Numbered from the stretch's first letter, positions 9,229-18,953 are shown. The stretch: 40,982 nt of DNA from Bacilli bacterium (GCA_034116505.1 JAXERM010000047.1:1-40982), one strand, 5' to 3'. Numbers and translations are program-made. The notes: a model not told the origin generated them from the letters alone.

Positions 9229-10333
9229 ATGAAGGACATCGTGTTGTTAAAACAACAATTATGTGAGTTAGGTGATAAAATCCGCCTACTCGGGTGCTCA
9301 CTTTGACCTTGTCAAATTAAGAAAAGAGATCGCCGAATTATCTTCTTTATCGGAAGAAGAAGGTTTTTGGAACGATAACAATAAAGCTTTAGAAGTTATT
9401 AATCGTTTGAACAACATTAAAGATTTAGTTAGCTCTTATGATAATTTAGTTCATGGTTTAGATGATTTAAATGAATTAATCGAATTAGCGGATGACTCTT
9501 TATTAGAACAAATTGACGAATCGTATTTAGAATTATCAAAGCAAGCCAAAGAACTAGAAATCGATGTTTTATTCAATGGTGAATTTGATCATTTAAATGC
9601 GATATTAGAAATCCATCCTGGAGCAGGGGGAACAGAAGCGCAAGATTGGGCTGATATGCTTTATCGTATGTATGTTGCTTATAGTGAATCCCATCGCTTT
9701 AAGATGGCGGTTTTATCTTTTGAATCCGCGAATGAAGCAGGCATAAAATCTGTAACTTTGAAAATATCAGGTAAAAATGCTTATGGTTTATTAAAAGGTG
9801 AGAAAGGCATTCATCGTTTGGTGAGAATATCACCTTTTGATGCGAATAAAAGGAGACATACTTCGTTTGCAAGCGTTGAAGTAACTCCTGAATTAAAAGA
9901 TGATAATATTAACATACAAATTAATGACGCTGATTTAAAAATAGATACATATCGTAGCGGCGGAGCAGGTGGTCAAAACGTCAATAAAGTCGAGACTGCA
10001 GTACGTATTACCCATCTTCCAACTGGTATCGTTGTAAGTTGTCAAATTGAACGCAGTCAATTATTAAATAAAGAGACAGCAATGAATATGTTAAAAGCAC
10101 AACTATACTTAAAAGAAAAAGAAGCTAGAGAACAAAAAATGGCGTCTATTCAAGGCGAGAAAGCCGACATTGAATGGGGTCATCAAATACGTTCTTATGT
10201 TTTCTGCCCTAATAAGATGGTTAAAGATCACCGCACATTATTTACAGTTGGTGATGTCGATAGTGTAATGAATGGTGAAATTGATGATTTCATCTATGCA
10301 TATTTACAAATGGAGGCCAAAAAACATGTTTAA
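9229..10333 (+). CDS. prfB: Peptide chain release factor 2, expressed through a programmed +1 frameshift: join(9229..9303,9305..10333)
   Basis: Frame 0 reads ATG 9229...CTT(9301-9303) TGA(9304-9306). The +1 frame continues GAC CTT GTC... into the 353-aa track ORF, which carries SPF (RISPFD) and GGQ ([11 protein letters not shown]). Confidence 0.95.
9301..9307 (+). promoter_or_regulatory. RF2 autoregulatory +1 frameshift site CTT TGA C
   Basis: The heptamer CTTTGAC was read directly at codon 25/26 of the upstream frame. A weak SD-like GGGTG lies 6 nt upstream. Confidence 0.85.
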
Positions 10334-11309
10334 AAACAGAAAGAAAAAAGAAATATTTATTGCGGTTTTGCGCGTTTTTATTGTCATTTTCGGTTCATTT
10401 TGTGTTTCTTTTGGTGCTGTCGCATTCTTTTCTCCTTTAGATATTAACTCTGGAGGACTAAACGGTATTGCCATTATTATTAGAAGCTTTTTTGATCCTG
10501 AACTAGGTGTGATAATTTATAACATTGCTACCGCAGCCTTCTCAGTCTTTTTCTGGGTTCTTGGTTTAATTTTTATCGGCAAAGAATTCGCGATTAAAAC
10601 TCTTGTAGCCACAATTGCGTACCCTATAGGAAACTTCTTATTTACTCTTTGTCCTGGCATCAGTGATTTAGTAAATAATTTAGCCACAATTGCTTCAGGG
10701 GCAAAAGATGCGGGTAGTTATCTATTATGTGGTATTTTTGGTGGTGTATTTGTCGGTTTTGGTGTTGCGATTACATTTGTCGGTGGTGGTTCCACTGGTG
10801 GGGTTGATGTTTTAACCTTCATGGCAAATAAATATTTGCATATTAAACAATCGACTGCCTCCTTTATTGTCGATGGTTCGATTGTTGTTATTGGTTTATG
10901 TGTCTTATTACCAAAAGACAGTTCTAATTTCTTACCTTGTGCAAGTGGTATTATTTCCGCTTTCGTTTGTGCTTTCTTAATCGATTATATTTACGTTGGT
11001 TTCCAAAGTTCATATCAAGCTGATATTATCTCTGATAAGTGGGAAGAAATTTCTAATTTTGCTCAAGTTGAATTAGAAAGAGGCACAACAATCATCCGAG
11101 CTGAGGGTGGTTATAAAGGTGAAGAACGTTTAGTGCTTCGCATTGTATTTGATAAAAGACAATATAGTAAATTACGTGATTTTATTGCTAAAACTGATAA
11201 AAAAGCATTTGTGACATATACGAGAACTAATGCGGTGTTTGGAGAAGGATTTACTTCTCATGAACAATCAACATTATTTAAAAACGTTAAAAAACATGGA
11301 AAGAAATAA
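10326..11309 (+). CDS. YitT-family membrane protein with C-terminal DUF2179 domain
   Basis: Multi-pass hydrophobic N-terminal part. The C-terminus [33 protein letters not shown]...[17 protein letters not shown] is typical of DUF2179. I prefer ATG 10326 (MFKNRKKK), which overlaps the prfB stop by 8 nt, over the track start at 10272. Confidence 0.8.
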   Translation: MFKNRKKKEIFIAVLRVFIVIFGSFCVSFGAVAFFSPLDINSGGLNGIAIIIRSFFDPELGVIIYNIATAAFSVFFWVLGLIFIGKEFAIKTLVATIAYPIGNFLFTLCPGISDLVNNLATIASGAKDAGSYLLCGIFGGVFVGFGVAITFVGGGSTGGVDVLTFMANKYLHIKQSTASFIVDGSIVVIGLCVLLPKDSSNFLPCASGIISAFVCAFLIDYIYVGFQSSYQADIISDKWEEISNFAQVELERGTTIIRAEGGYKGEERLVLRIVFDKRQYSKLRDFIAKTDKKAFVTYTRTNAVFGEGFTSHEQSTLFKNVKKHGKK

Positions 11310-13281
11310 CGAACATAAATTTGAATTAGTGTCTAAATTTAAACCAACTGGTGACCAGCCAAGTGCAATTAAGCAGTTAGTAACTAATATTAATAACGGA
11401 AAAAGATTTCAGGTTTTATTAGGAGCAACTGGTACCGGCAAGACTTTTACGATGGCTAATGTCATTGAAAAAGTACAAAGGCCGGCATTAGTTTTAGTGC
11501 ACAATAAAACACTCGCGGGGCAATTATATTCTGAATTCAAAGAATTATTTCCTAATAATCGCGTGGAATATTTCGTTTCTAATTTCGATTTTTATCAACC
11601 GGAAGCATATATTCCGAAAAGTGATACTTATATCGATAAAAACGCGGTGATGAATGAAGAAATTGAAATGCTTCGCACTAGCGCTATTAACTCAATCTTA
11701 GAAAGAAGAGACACTATTATTGTTGCTTCGGTTGCTTCTATTTATGGTTTAACTGATCCAGATGAATATCGTAATTTAGTATTTAATATTCGTGTTGGTG
11801 AAGAGATTGATCGTAAAGAATTTTTCAAAAGCTTAATTGACGCTCAATATAAAAGAAATAATCTAGATCCGATTCCGGGAACTTTTCGTGTTAGGGGAGA
11901 TATTATTGAAATCGTTCCAGCAAACATGATTGAGAATCACTTAATTAGAATCGATACTTTCGGTGATGAAATTGAAAAAATTGTCGAAGTTGATTTTATG
12001 AGTGGTGAAATTAAACATACATATCATACTTATCCAATTTTTCCTGCATACGACCATGCCTCTACGCGTTCAAGAATTAAAGAAGCTTGCATCACTATTA
12101 AAGAAGAACTAGATGAAAGAATAAAATTCTTTAATGAAAATGGGAAATTATTAGAAGCTGAAAGATTATCGATGAGAACTAATCAAGATATGGAGAGCAT
12201 GCAAGAATTTGGCATGTGCCCAGGTATTGAAAATTATTCTCGTCATATTGATAAAAGAAAACCGGGAGAGAGACCTTGGTGTTTGATTGATTATTTCCCT
12301 GAAGACTTCTTATTATTTATTGATGAATCACACGTTACAATACCGCAAATAAGAGGCATGTATAACGGTGATAGATCGAGAAAAACAACTTTAGTGGAAT
12401 ATGGATTTAGATTACCTAGTGCGTTAGATAACCGTCCTTTAAATTTTGATGAATTTGAAAATTTAATGCCTCAAGTGATTTGTACATCCGCCACTCCTGG
12501 TGATTATGAATTAAATAAAATCGATGCCCCAATTAGTGAACAAATCATTCGTCCAACCGGTTTATTGGATCCTCTTGTAGAAATACGACCAACATTAGGA
12601 CAAGTTGATGACATCATTCATGAAATTAAATTAAGAAATGCAAAAAATGAAAGAACAATGATTGTTACACTTACCGTCCATATGGCGGAAGACCTTACTA
12701 GTTATTTAAAAGAAAAAGGCATTAAAGTAGTGTATTTACATCATGAAACAAAAACACTTGAAAGAAGTGAAGTGGTCTATCAATTACGTAAAGGAAAATA
12801 TGATGTATTGGTTGGAATTAATCTTTTAAGAGAAGGTTTAGATATTCCAGAAGTTTCCTTAATTTGTATCTTAGATGCCGATAAAGAAGGCTTTTTGCGG
12901 AGTAATCGTTCATTAATTCAGGTGATTGGACGTGCAGCAAGAAATGAAAATGGTTTAGTGATTATGTACGCAGATCGCATGACTGATTCAATGAAAAACG
13001 CGATTCAAGAAACCAATAGAAGAAGAGAAATTCAAGATCAATATAATAAAGAAAATGGGATAATTCCTCATACGGTTATCAAAGAGATTAGGGCCCCAAT
13101 TCATAACACTGATGACGAAGTAGAAGAAATGATTAAAATTTCTAAAAAAGGTAGTCGTAGTGAGATTATTAATAAAGTTAAAGAATTAGAAAAACAGATG
13201 AAACAAGCAGCGAAAGAATTTGATTTTGAAAGAGCGATTGAACTAAGAGATATTATTCTTGAATTAAAAGCGGAATTATAA
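11296..13281 (+). CDS. uvrB: Excinuclease ABC subunit B
   Basis: [15 protein letters not shown], and a C-terminal UVR motif ([15 protein letters not shown]). I prefer ATG 11296 ([22 protein letters not shown]), which overlaps the yitT-like stop by 14 nt. Confidence 0.97.
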   Translation: MERNNEHKFELVSKFKPTGDQPSAIKQLVTNINNGKRFQVLLGATGTGKTFTMANVIEKVQRPALVLVHNKTLAGQLYSEFKELFPNNRVEYFVSNFDFYQPEAYIPKSDTYIDKNAVMNEEIEMLRTSAINSILERRDTIIVASVASIYGLTDPDEYRNLVFNIRVGEEIDRKEFFKSLIDAQYKRNNLDPIPGTFRVRGDIIEIVPANMIENHLIRIDTFGDEIEKIVEVDFMSGEIKHTYHTYPIFPAYDHASTRSRIKEACITIKEELDERIKFFNENGKLLEAERLSMRTNQDMESMQEFGMCPGIENYSRHIDKRKPGERPWCLIDYFPEDFLLFIDESHVTIPQIRGMYNGDRSRKTTLVEYGFRLPSALDNRPLNFDEFENLMPQVICTSATPGDYELNKIDAPISEQIIRPTGLLDPLVEIRPTLGQVDDIIHEIKLRNAKNERTMIVTLTVHMAEDLTSYLKEKGIKVVYLHHETKTLERSEVVYQLRKGKYDVLVGINLLREGLDIPEVSLICILDADKEGFLRSNRSLIQVIGRAARNENGLVIMYADRMTDSMKNAIQETNRRREIQDQYNKENGIIPHTVIKEIRAPIHNTDDEVEEMIKISKKGSRSEIINKVKELEKQMKQAAKEFDFERAIELRDIILELKAEL

Positions 13282-13358
13282 CGAATTCAATTCGTTGTTG
13301 AAAATGTCATGGGTTTTGTAATAACATAATTAAGCAAGTTAAAGAAAGGAAAAGTAAA

Positions 13359-13640
13359 ATGCTCAATTGGTACGACTGGTTATTATTAGGTGTTGGTATT
13401 ATCATCATTGTGCTTACATTGCTTCAAGGTGGTAAATCTGAAGGTGCTTCTGGTGCGATTACCGGTGGTGGCCTTAATGTTTTCGTCAAACAAAAAGAAA
13501 GAGGCGCAGAAAAAGTCGTTTCGATTTTGACATTATGCTTTGCCGTTGCTTTCTTCGTTGTTGCGATTATTATTCAAGTTGCGTCTGCAGGAAAAGGTAG
13601 TTCTGAAACCGCTTCCACCGCAGCAAGATTATTTTTCTAA
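13359..13640 (+). CDS. secG: Preprotein translocase subunit SecG
   Basis: 93 aa with two TM helices flanking a Gly-rich loop (LLQGGKSEGASGAITGGG). GAAAGGAAAAG RBS. Confidence 0.8.
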   Translation: MLNWYDWLLLGVGIIIIVLTLLQGGKSEGASGAITGGGLNVFVKQKERGAEKVVSILTLCFAVAFFVVAIIIQVASAGKGSSETASTAARLFF

Positions 13641-13666
13641 ACATTAATATTATTATTTATTATATG

Positions 13667-13695
13667 ACCTCACTTAGATGTGGGGTTTTATTTTG
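13667..13695 (+). terminator. Rho-independent terminator after secG
   Basis: ACCTCAC-ttagat-GTGGGGT forms a 7-bp stem with one G-U pair, followed by TTTATTTTG. Confidence 0.6.
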
Positions 13696-13699
13696 CATT

Positions 13700-13747
13700 A
13701 AAAAAGAGTTAATCAAGAAAACTCATCCTTAATTAACTCAAATTTTT
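13700..13747. terminator. Bidirectional terminator-like hairpin between convergent secG and the membrane-protein gene
   Basis: GAGTTAAT (13706-13713) pairs with ATTAACTC (13732-13739). An A-run lies on the left and a T-run on the right. The loop is long, with extra internal pairs. Confidence 0.45.
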
Positions 13748-13748
13748 A

Positions 13749-14297
13749 TTAAAGTGCAGCAATTTTAATGATGGAAAATATTCCAAGAACAATCAAGACA
13801 CTACCTAGTGCAATGTATGTTACGATAATCGCAATTTGGAAAAATACTAACGCTAATATTCCAGCGGCAATTAGTAGTGTTCCTAATACAAATAACAAAG
13901 CCACTAATGAAGCTTTTGCGTGGAATATTATAAATGTTATTCCTTTAATAATATTAGAAGCACCATATGATATTAAGAATATGGAAAATACATACACTAA
14001 TAATTGTTGGACAATTTGTACATTTGTGGTTTGTAGAATCAATATCACAATACCTAGCGCCACTGCAAAAGATCCATATAGTAATGAAGTGGTGAACGTT
14101 TTGTGCGAATCATTTAGAAAACTCGTGACTAAAATCACTGCTCCAACCATAAATAATATTGCGCTTGTTGATATCGTAATAGTTAAATCGATCACGCCGC
14201 TATTGACGATGGATAAAACGATAATTACGATACCTAACGCAATGAGAAATACACTAGATAATATGCTTAACCAACGGTATTTTTTAAAGATAGACAT
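13749..14297 (-). CDS. Multi-pass membrane protein, tentatively DUF308/HdeD-like
   Basis: 182 aa, about 6 hydrophobic helices with repeated ALGIVII-type segments. GGAGG lies upstream of ATG 14297. The mirror plus-strand ORF is Asn/Thr/Ile-rich antisense noise. Confidence 0.7.
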   Translation of the reverse strand: MSIFKKYRWLSILSSVFLIALGIVIIVLSIVNSGVIDLTITISTSAILFMVGAVILVTSFLNDSHKTFTTSLLYGSFAVALGIVILILQTTNVQIVQQLLVYVFSIFLISYGASNIIKGITFIIFHAKASLVALLFVLGTLLIAAGILALVFFQIAIIVTYIALGSVLIVLGIFSIIKIAAL

Positions 14298-14357
14298 GAT
14301 TTAATAATCCTCCTATAATTATTATATAATAATTTTGAAAGGAAGTAATTACATATT

Positions 14358-15578
14358 ATGAAAGAAGAATTACTGAGAGAATATGCGCGTTTAATTGCCT
14401 CCACTGGCGCGAATGTTGAAAAAGGAGAGGAAGTATGGATTACCGCTTCTTTAGATCAACCAGAATTTGTCAAAATGGTAGTGGAAGAATGTTATAAATT
14501 AAAAGCAAAATCCGTCACTGTTCGTTGGACTTATGATGAAATTGCGGTTTTAAATTACAAATATCAAACTCTAGGAGAATTAGGCAAAGTCTCACCAATC
14601 GAATTAGCGAGATTTAAATATATGGCGAAGAAACTACCAACCACTATTTTCTTAGACAGTGATGATCCAGATGCTTTTAAATCTGTTTCCCAAGTTAAAA
14701 TCGCAAAAGCGTCCGCAAAAAGATATCCAAAAATTAAAAAATATCGTCAAGCGGCAGAATCAAAATACAAATGGTGTATCGCGGGTGTTCCTGGTAAAAA
14801 GTGGGCGCACAAAGTATTCCCTGAATTATCTTTAGAGGAAGCAGAAGAAAAATTATGGGAAGCAATCTTAAAAACATCACGTGTTGAAGAAGGAAAAGCA
14901 GTTGCTAATTGGCAAGCCCATAATGAATTCTTAGATAATCAAAAGAGAAAACTACACGATTTAAGATTAGTTAAATTAATTTATAAAGCTAATAACGGCA
15001 CAGATTTTTCAGTGGAATTAAATCCTGATATTCATTGGGGCGCAGGCAAAGAAGAAACACCTAGTGGTAGAGTATTTAATCCAAATATCCCTAGTGAGGA
15101 AGTATTTACCACTCCAATTGCAGGGAAATGCGAAGGCCTTTTAGTCGCTTCTAAACCTCTATCGTATAACGGTGTATTAATTGAAGATTTTTCAGTCAGA
15201 TTTGAAAATGGTAGAGTTAAGGAAGTCAAAGCAAAGAAAAATCAAAAAGCACTAGAAGAAATGGTCAAGATGGATGAAGGGGCTAGTATGTTAGGCGAAG
15301 TTGCTTTAGTGCCATATTCTTCACCAATTAGAGAAAGTGGTGTTTTATTCTTTAATACCTTATATGATGAAAACGCAGCATGCCATGTGGCTTTAGGCAT
15401 GGGTTTTAAAGAACTATATGATCCATTAATGGATGTGGAAGAAGCCAAAAAAGTCGGTATCAACGATTCCATGATTCATGTTGATTTTATGATTGGCACA
15501 AAAGATTTAAATATCATCGGTGTGACTGAAAAAGGAGACACAGTACAAGTCTTTAAAGACGGTGAATGGGCTATTTAA
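14358..15578 (+). CDS. Aminopeptidase, M29 (AmpS/PepS) family
   Basis: 406 aa. The N-terminus LLREYARLIASTGANVEKGEEVWI and overall length and pattern fit thermophilic-metalloprotease M29 aminopeptidases. Confidence 0.85.
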   Translation: MKEELLREYARLIASTGANVEKGEEVWITASLDQPEFVKMVVEECYKLKAKSVTVRWTYDEIAVLNYKYQTLGELGKVSPIELARFKYMAKKLPTTIFLDSDDPDAFKSVSQVKIAKASAKRYPKIKKYRQAAESKYKWCIAGVPGKKWAHKVFPELSLEEAEEKLWEAILKTSRVEEGKAVANWQAHNEFLDNQKRKLHDLRLVKLIYKANNGTDFSVELNPDIHWGAGKEETPSGRVFNPNIPSEEVFTTPIAGKCEGLLVASKPLSYNGVLIEDFSVRFENGRVKEVKAKKNQKALEEMVKMDEGASMLGEVALVPYSSPIRESGVLFFNTLYDENAACHVALGMGFKELYDPLMDVEEAKKVGINDSMIHVDFMIGTKDLNIIGVTEKGDTVQVFKDGEWAI

Positions 15579-15656
15579 TGTTACAAAGGCATATAAAATG
15601 TAACAGCACTACTTTTATAGATACTAAAATAGATTATTAATAATACTACTAATATT

Positions 15657-15692
15657 AAGCGGGAATGAAATGATTCTTCCTGCTTTATTTTT
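15657..15692 (+). terminator. Rho-independent terminator after the aminopeptidase gene
   Basis: AAGCGGGAA (15657-15665) pairs with TTCCTGCTT (15677-15685), with one G-U. Followed by TATTTTT. Confidence 0.6.
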
Positions 15693-15719
15693 ATAAAAAA
15701 ACAAGAGCAATTATTAGTC

Positions 15720-15740
15720 ATTAATATTACAAATATTAAT
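15720..15740. repeat. Perfect AT-only inverted repeat ATTAATAT-tacaa-ATATTAAT upstream of the starch locus
   Basis: Read directly, about 80 nt upstream of the lipoprotein ATG. It could be an operator, or chance in AT-rich DNA. Confidence 0.3.
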
Positions 15741-15820
15741 ATAACAAAAATATTTTTTTATTTACAAAAACCTTTTTATAACATAAACTAGATTTATAAG
15801 ATTTCATTGGAGGAATAATA

Positions 15821-16882
15821 ATGAACAAGAAAATCTTTTTAGCCGGCGCCGTACTTATGTTAGGCCTCGGTGTTGTTGGATGTGCTGGCAATAATGAATC
15901 AAAAGTCTTAGCAAATCCAGAAGCAACATATGTATTCCACGGTAACAATCAATATAAAGCTGAAGATGGCACTTATGTTGATAATGGCTGGAATGCAAAA
16001 TCTAACGAACTTTATGAAGCAACAACAATGACTGCTGCATCATTAAAAGACGTTAAAGCACTTGATGAAGACTTATATGCTTCATTAAAGAAAAAATCAG
16101 TAAAATACCTTTACACCTTTGATAAGGCTGTATTTGGTGCAAAAACATCAGGTTGGACCACAAAATGTACTGTCGGTGACAAAGTTTATAAAGCTGACGG
16201 TTCATTCGCATTCAAAGTTCCTGAAGTTACAGTTACTGAAGAAGACGGCGTTAAAGTCTATGTTGAATCACAATGGATTCCACACGATCACGATATGAAC
16301 GTTGAAAACTTAACACCTTCATCTTTATGGCTTTCTCCAAACTTTGCAGAACAACCAGATGAAAACGGTTTCTCTTGGGACTACAACCCAGTTTGTACTG
16401 CTGGTGCTGGTGAATACACAGTTGTCTTAGCAGTTTATACTACTGGTTCAAGCGCAGAAACATATGGTGCTGGTTTAGCATTAGTAAAAACAAAAGAAGT
16501 TACTGCTGGTGAAGGTGTTGTATTTGAAGAATATGTCGCTCCTGCAGAAATTACTTGGGGTCTCGTTGGCACAATCACTAACTGGGGAAATCCATTAACT
16601 GAAGGTGGAGATCCTGTCGCAGATATTCCATTAGTCAAACAAGAAGATGGTTCTTTCAAAGCTGAATACACATTTGTTGCTAACGATGAATGGAAAGTCA
16701 GACAAAATGGTGCTTGGGATGTTGCTAAAGGTTCTGAAATCTTAACTGTCACACCTGCAGGCGCAATGGTTGATGCTGGTGAACCAACTGATGGCAACAA
16801 CAATATCGTTGTCGTTACTGCTGGTACATACGTCATTGTCTTAAACGCAGACGCAACTGCATTAACAGTTACAGCTAAATAA
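15821..16882 (+). CDS. Surface lipoprotein of unknown family with a carbohydrate-binding-module-like C-terminus (putative starch/glucan-binding protein)
   Basis: Signal peptide plus lipobox (LGLGVVG-C21). GGAGG RBS. The C-terminal ~110 aa are ITWGLVGTITNWGN...EDGSFKAEYTFVANDEWKVRQNGAWDVAKG...GTYVIVLNADATALTV. This matches the W..VG...W...F..G.EWK.R.NG.W pattern of starch-binding beta-sandwich modules. Codon choice looks strongly biased (gct/ggt/act/gaa), which suggests high expression. Confidence 0.8.
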   Translation: MNKKIFLAGAVLMLGLGVVGCAGNNESKVLANPEATYVFHGNNQYKAEDGTYVDNGWNAKSNELYEATTMTAASLKDVKALDEDLYASLKKKSVKYLYTFDKAVFGAKTSGWTTKCTVGDKVYKADGSFAFKVPEVTVTEEDGVKVYVESQWIPHDHDMNVENLTPSSLWLSPNFAEQPDENGFSWDYNPVCTAGAGEYTVVLAVYTTGSSAETYGAGLALVKTKEVTAGEGVVFEEYVAPAEITWGLVGTITNWGNPLTEGGDPVADIPLVKQEDGSFKAEYTFVANDEWKVRQNGAWDVAKGSEILTVTPAGAMVDAGEPTDGNNNIVVVTAGTYVIVLNADATALTVTAK

Positions 16883-16904
16883 GCTAAACACTAATTAAAA
16901 ATAA

Positions 16905-16938
16905 GGCGTAATAGATTTATCTATTGCGTCTTTTTTTA
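16905..16938 (+). terminator. Strong rho-independent terminator between the lipoprotein and amylase genes
   Basis: GGCGTAATAGA-ttta-TCTATTGCGTC forms an 11-bp stem with two G-U pairs, followed by TTTTTTT. A possible promoter overlaps it: TTGCGT 16924-16929, 17-nt spacer, TACAAT 16947-16952. Confidence 0.7.
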
Positions 16939-16974
16939 TTTTTCTTTACAATAATGTCATACGGGTATTTTTTT

Positions 16975-18942
16975 ATGAAAACAAAGTTTCTTCCTATTTT
17001 GTTTTTGGCGCCTTTTTTGATTACTGCTTGTAATGGTAATAATGAAGTGCCAGAAACTTTTGACGAATATGTCGATATTTTGCCTCAAGAAGCAAAAGAT
17101 GGTAATATCCTCCATGCTTTTTGTTGGTCATTTAATCAAATCAAAAATAATCTCCCTGCTATTAAAGAAGCTGGATTCAAATGTGTACAAACTTCTCCAG
17201 TTTCAAAATCTAAAAGTAACGGTAGCAAATGGGAGTTTTTTTATCAGCCGGTTTCTTTCTCGATTGCAGAGAGTTCACCTTTAGGCACAAAACAAGAATT
17301 AAAAGAATTATGTGACGCTGCTGAAGAATTAGGAATCTCTATTCTCGTTGACGTGGTATTTAATCATATGGCGACAACTGGAAATAAAAATATCAACAAC
17401 CTTCCAGAAGTTGATCCTGAAGTTAATGAATATGAACCATATATTTATACGCACCAAGATGAATGCTTCCACCAATACACTAACCCTGTCGGTAGTGGTG
17501 CAGTCACGATGATTTATAGTGGATTACCAGATTTAAATACTGGATCTACATACATTCAAGAAAGAGCGTTATCTTTCTTAAAAGAATGCATTGATGTCGG
17601 TGTTGATGGCTTTAGATTTGACGCTGCAAAACATATTGAAACACCTAATGATCCTGATTATCCAAGTTCTTTCTGGGATAACACTTTGCAATTAGCTAAA
17701 CAATATTACACCAACAAAACCGGTAAAAATTTATATTGTTATGGTGAAATCCTCAACACTCTTGAAGAAGGAAGAGAAGACAATTTTGATTTATACGCAC
17801 CATATTTTGATATGACAGATAACTCATATATCAATGAAGTGCGTTCTGCAGCGTTAGCTGGTGATGTTAATAAATTAGTGAACGTTAATTACAATAAATT
17901 AGACACAAATGTCACTGCTGATAATTTAGTGACCTGGATAGAATCTCATGACACTGATTTACATTCTGGTAGCCGTTCTCCAATTTCTGCGGTTGTAAGA
18001 TATTGGGCTTATATCGCTTCAAGAAAAGGCAGCAGAAGTTTATTTTATGCTAGACCAGCTTCACAAGCCAACCCAACAATCGCTGAGGTTGGTTCTTATG
18101 ATTGGAAAAATCCATTAATCGCAGTTACTAATCGATTCCATAATCGTTTTGCTGGAGCATCTGAAGAATTATCTAATTCCAATAATATATTTGTGAATGA
18201 AAGATATTCAGATACTGATAAGGGCGCCTTATTAGTGGATGTTACTAAAAAAGGAACTGCAAAAGTTAAATTCAAACATTTAGAAGACGGCACTTATTGG
18301 GATACAGTAACTGGTGAAAAGGTCATAATTTCAAATAAAACTGCAAAATTAACATTTGATTCCGGTAACATCATGGTCTTAACCAAAACCAAGAAAGCTC
18401 CACATCCAAGTATTTCTATTTCTGTTAGAGATGTTGAATTTGTTGGTTCAATTGATGTTACGATTAAAGTGACCCACGCTTTAAGTGCGACATATCAAAT
18501 TGATGATGCTGCTCCTATTGCCTTTAACGAATCAGTTAATTTAACATTAGGCGAAGCTCTTGAAGGTGGTCAATCAACCAAATTAAAAGTCGTTGTTAAT
18601 AACGCTGATTACACGATTGAAGAAGAAGCTATTTATACCAAACAATCTTTGATTGAAGGATATTTCAATATCTTAAATCTCGACTCAAAATATTACACTG
18701 ATTACGAATTATATTTTTGGGCCTGGGGTGGCGGTAGTAATGGCGCATGGTTACATGATTATCAAGTCCAAGATGGCGTTGTATTAGTTGATTTTAAAAA
18801 TACGACATTCACCTCATTCTTATTTGCCATCTTTGATAAAGGACACACGGTTACTGATGTCACTAAATGGGATTCCGCTGTTAGAAAACAATCATCAGAT
18901 ATTTTGATTGCTAACGGTTTCTATAACGCCAAATCATTTTAA
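16975..18942 (+). CDS. Lipoprotein alpha-amylase (GH13) with extra C-terminal beta-rich/aromatic modules
   Basis: GH13 regions DVVFNHM, GFRFDAAKH, YGEIL and WIESHD. Start chosen at ATG 16975 (MKTKFLPILFLAPFLITAC, a perfect lipobox). The track extension from 16924 would run through the terminator T-tract. The C-terminus contains ELYFWAWGGGSNGAWLHDY. Confidence 0.9.
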   Translation: MKTKFLPILFLAPFLITACNGNNEVPETFDEYVDILPQEAKDGNILHAFCWSFNQIKNNLPAIKEAGFKCVQTSPVSKSKSNGSKWEFFYQPVSFSIAESSPLGTKQELKELCDAAEELGISILVDVVFNHMATTGNKNINNLPEVDPEVNEYEPYIYTHQDECFHQYTNPVGSGAVTMIYSGLPDLNTGSTYIQERALSFLKECIDVGVDGFRFDAAKHIETPNDPDYPSSFWDNTLQLAKQYYTNKTGKNLYCYGEILNTLEEGREDNFDLYAPYFDMTDNSYINEVRSAALAGDVNKLVNVNYNKLDTNVTADNLVTWIESHDTDLHSGSRSPISAVVRYWAYIASRKGSRSLFYARPASQANPTIAEVGSYDWKNPLIAVTNRFHNRFAGASEELSNSNNIFVNERYSDTDKGALLVDVTKKGTAKVKFKHLEDGTYWDTVTGEKVIISNKTAKLTFDSGNIMVLTKTKKAPHPSISISVRDVEFVGSIDVTIKVTHALSATYQIDDAAPIAFNESVNLTLGEALEGGQSTKLKVVVNNADYTIEEEAIYTKQSLIEGYFNILNLDSKYYTDYELYFWAWGGGSNGAWLHDYQVQDGVVLVDFKNTTFTSFLFAIFDKGHTVTDVTKWDSAVRKQSSDILIANGFYNAKSF

Positions 18943-18953
18943 GGAGTGATACG

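Noticed and set aside
10272-10325. Upstream-extended starts proposed by the ORF track: 10272 for yitT-like, 11230 for uvrB, 16924 for the amylase, 31869 for the AP-family gene, 2370 for dnaX, 33979 for ruvX and 24029 for the RDD-like gene
   Set aside because: The extensions lie inside the preceding gene, a terminator or an SD sequence. In-frame downstream ATGs give canonical N-termini (signal peptide/lipobox, [34 protein letters not shown]).
13768-14304. 178-aa plus-strand ORF mirroring the 182-aa minus-strand membrane protein
   Set aside because: Its translation is Asn/Thr/Ile-rich with no motif, which is typical of the antisense of a hydrophobic gene. The minus-strand ORF has a GGAGG RBS, clean TM helices and a terminator just past its stop.
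15579-15605. Hairpin TGTTACA-13nt-TGTAACA immediately after the aminopeptidase stop, considered as a terminator or cre-like site
   Set aside because: It has no T-tract and does not fit the cre consensus (TGWAANCGNTNWCA). The real terminator is the hairpin at 15657-15692.
16435-16836. 133-aa minus-strand ORF inside the lipoprotein gene. Similar antisense ORFs sit inside eno (38354-38578, 38696-38881, 39035-39346), secA, prfA, the aminopeptidase gene and others in the track.
   Set aside because: All lie wholly inside strongly supported genes on the opposite strand. They lack RBSs and give Ser/Pro/Thr-rich or low-complexity products, so they are frame shadows.
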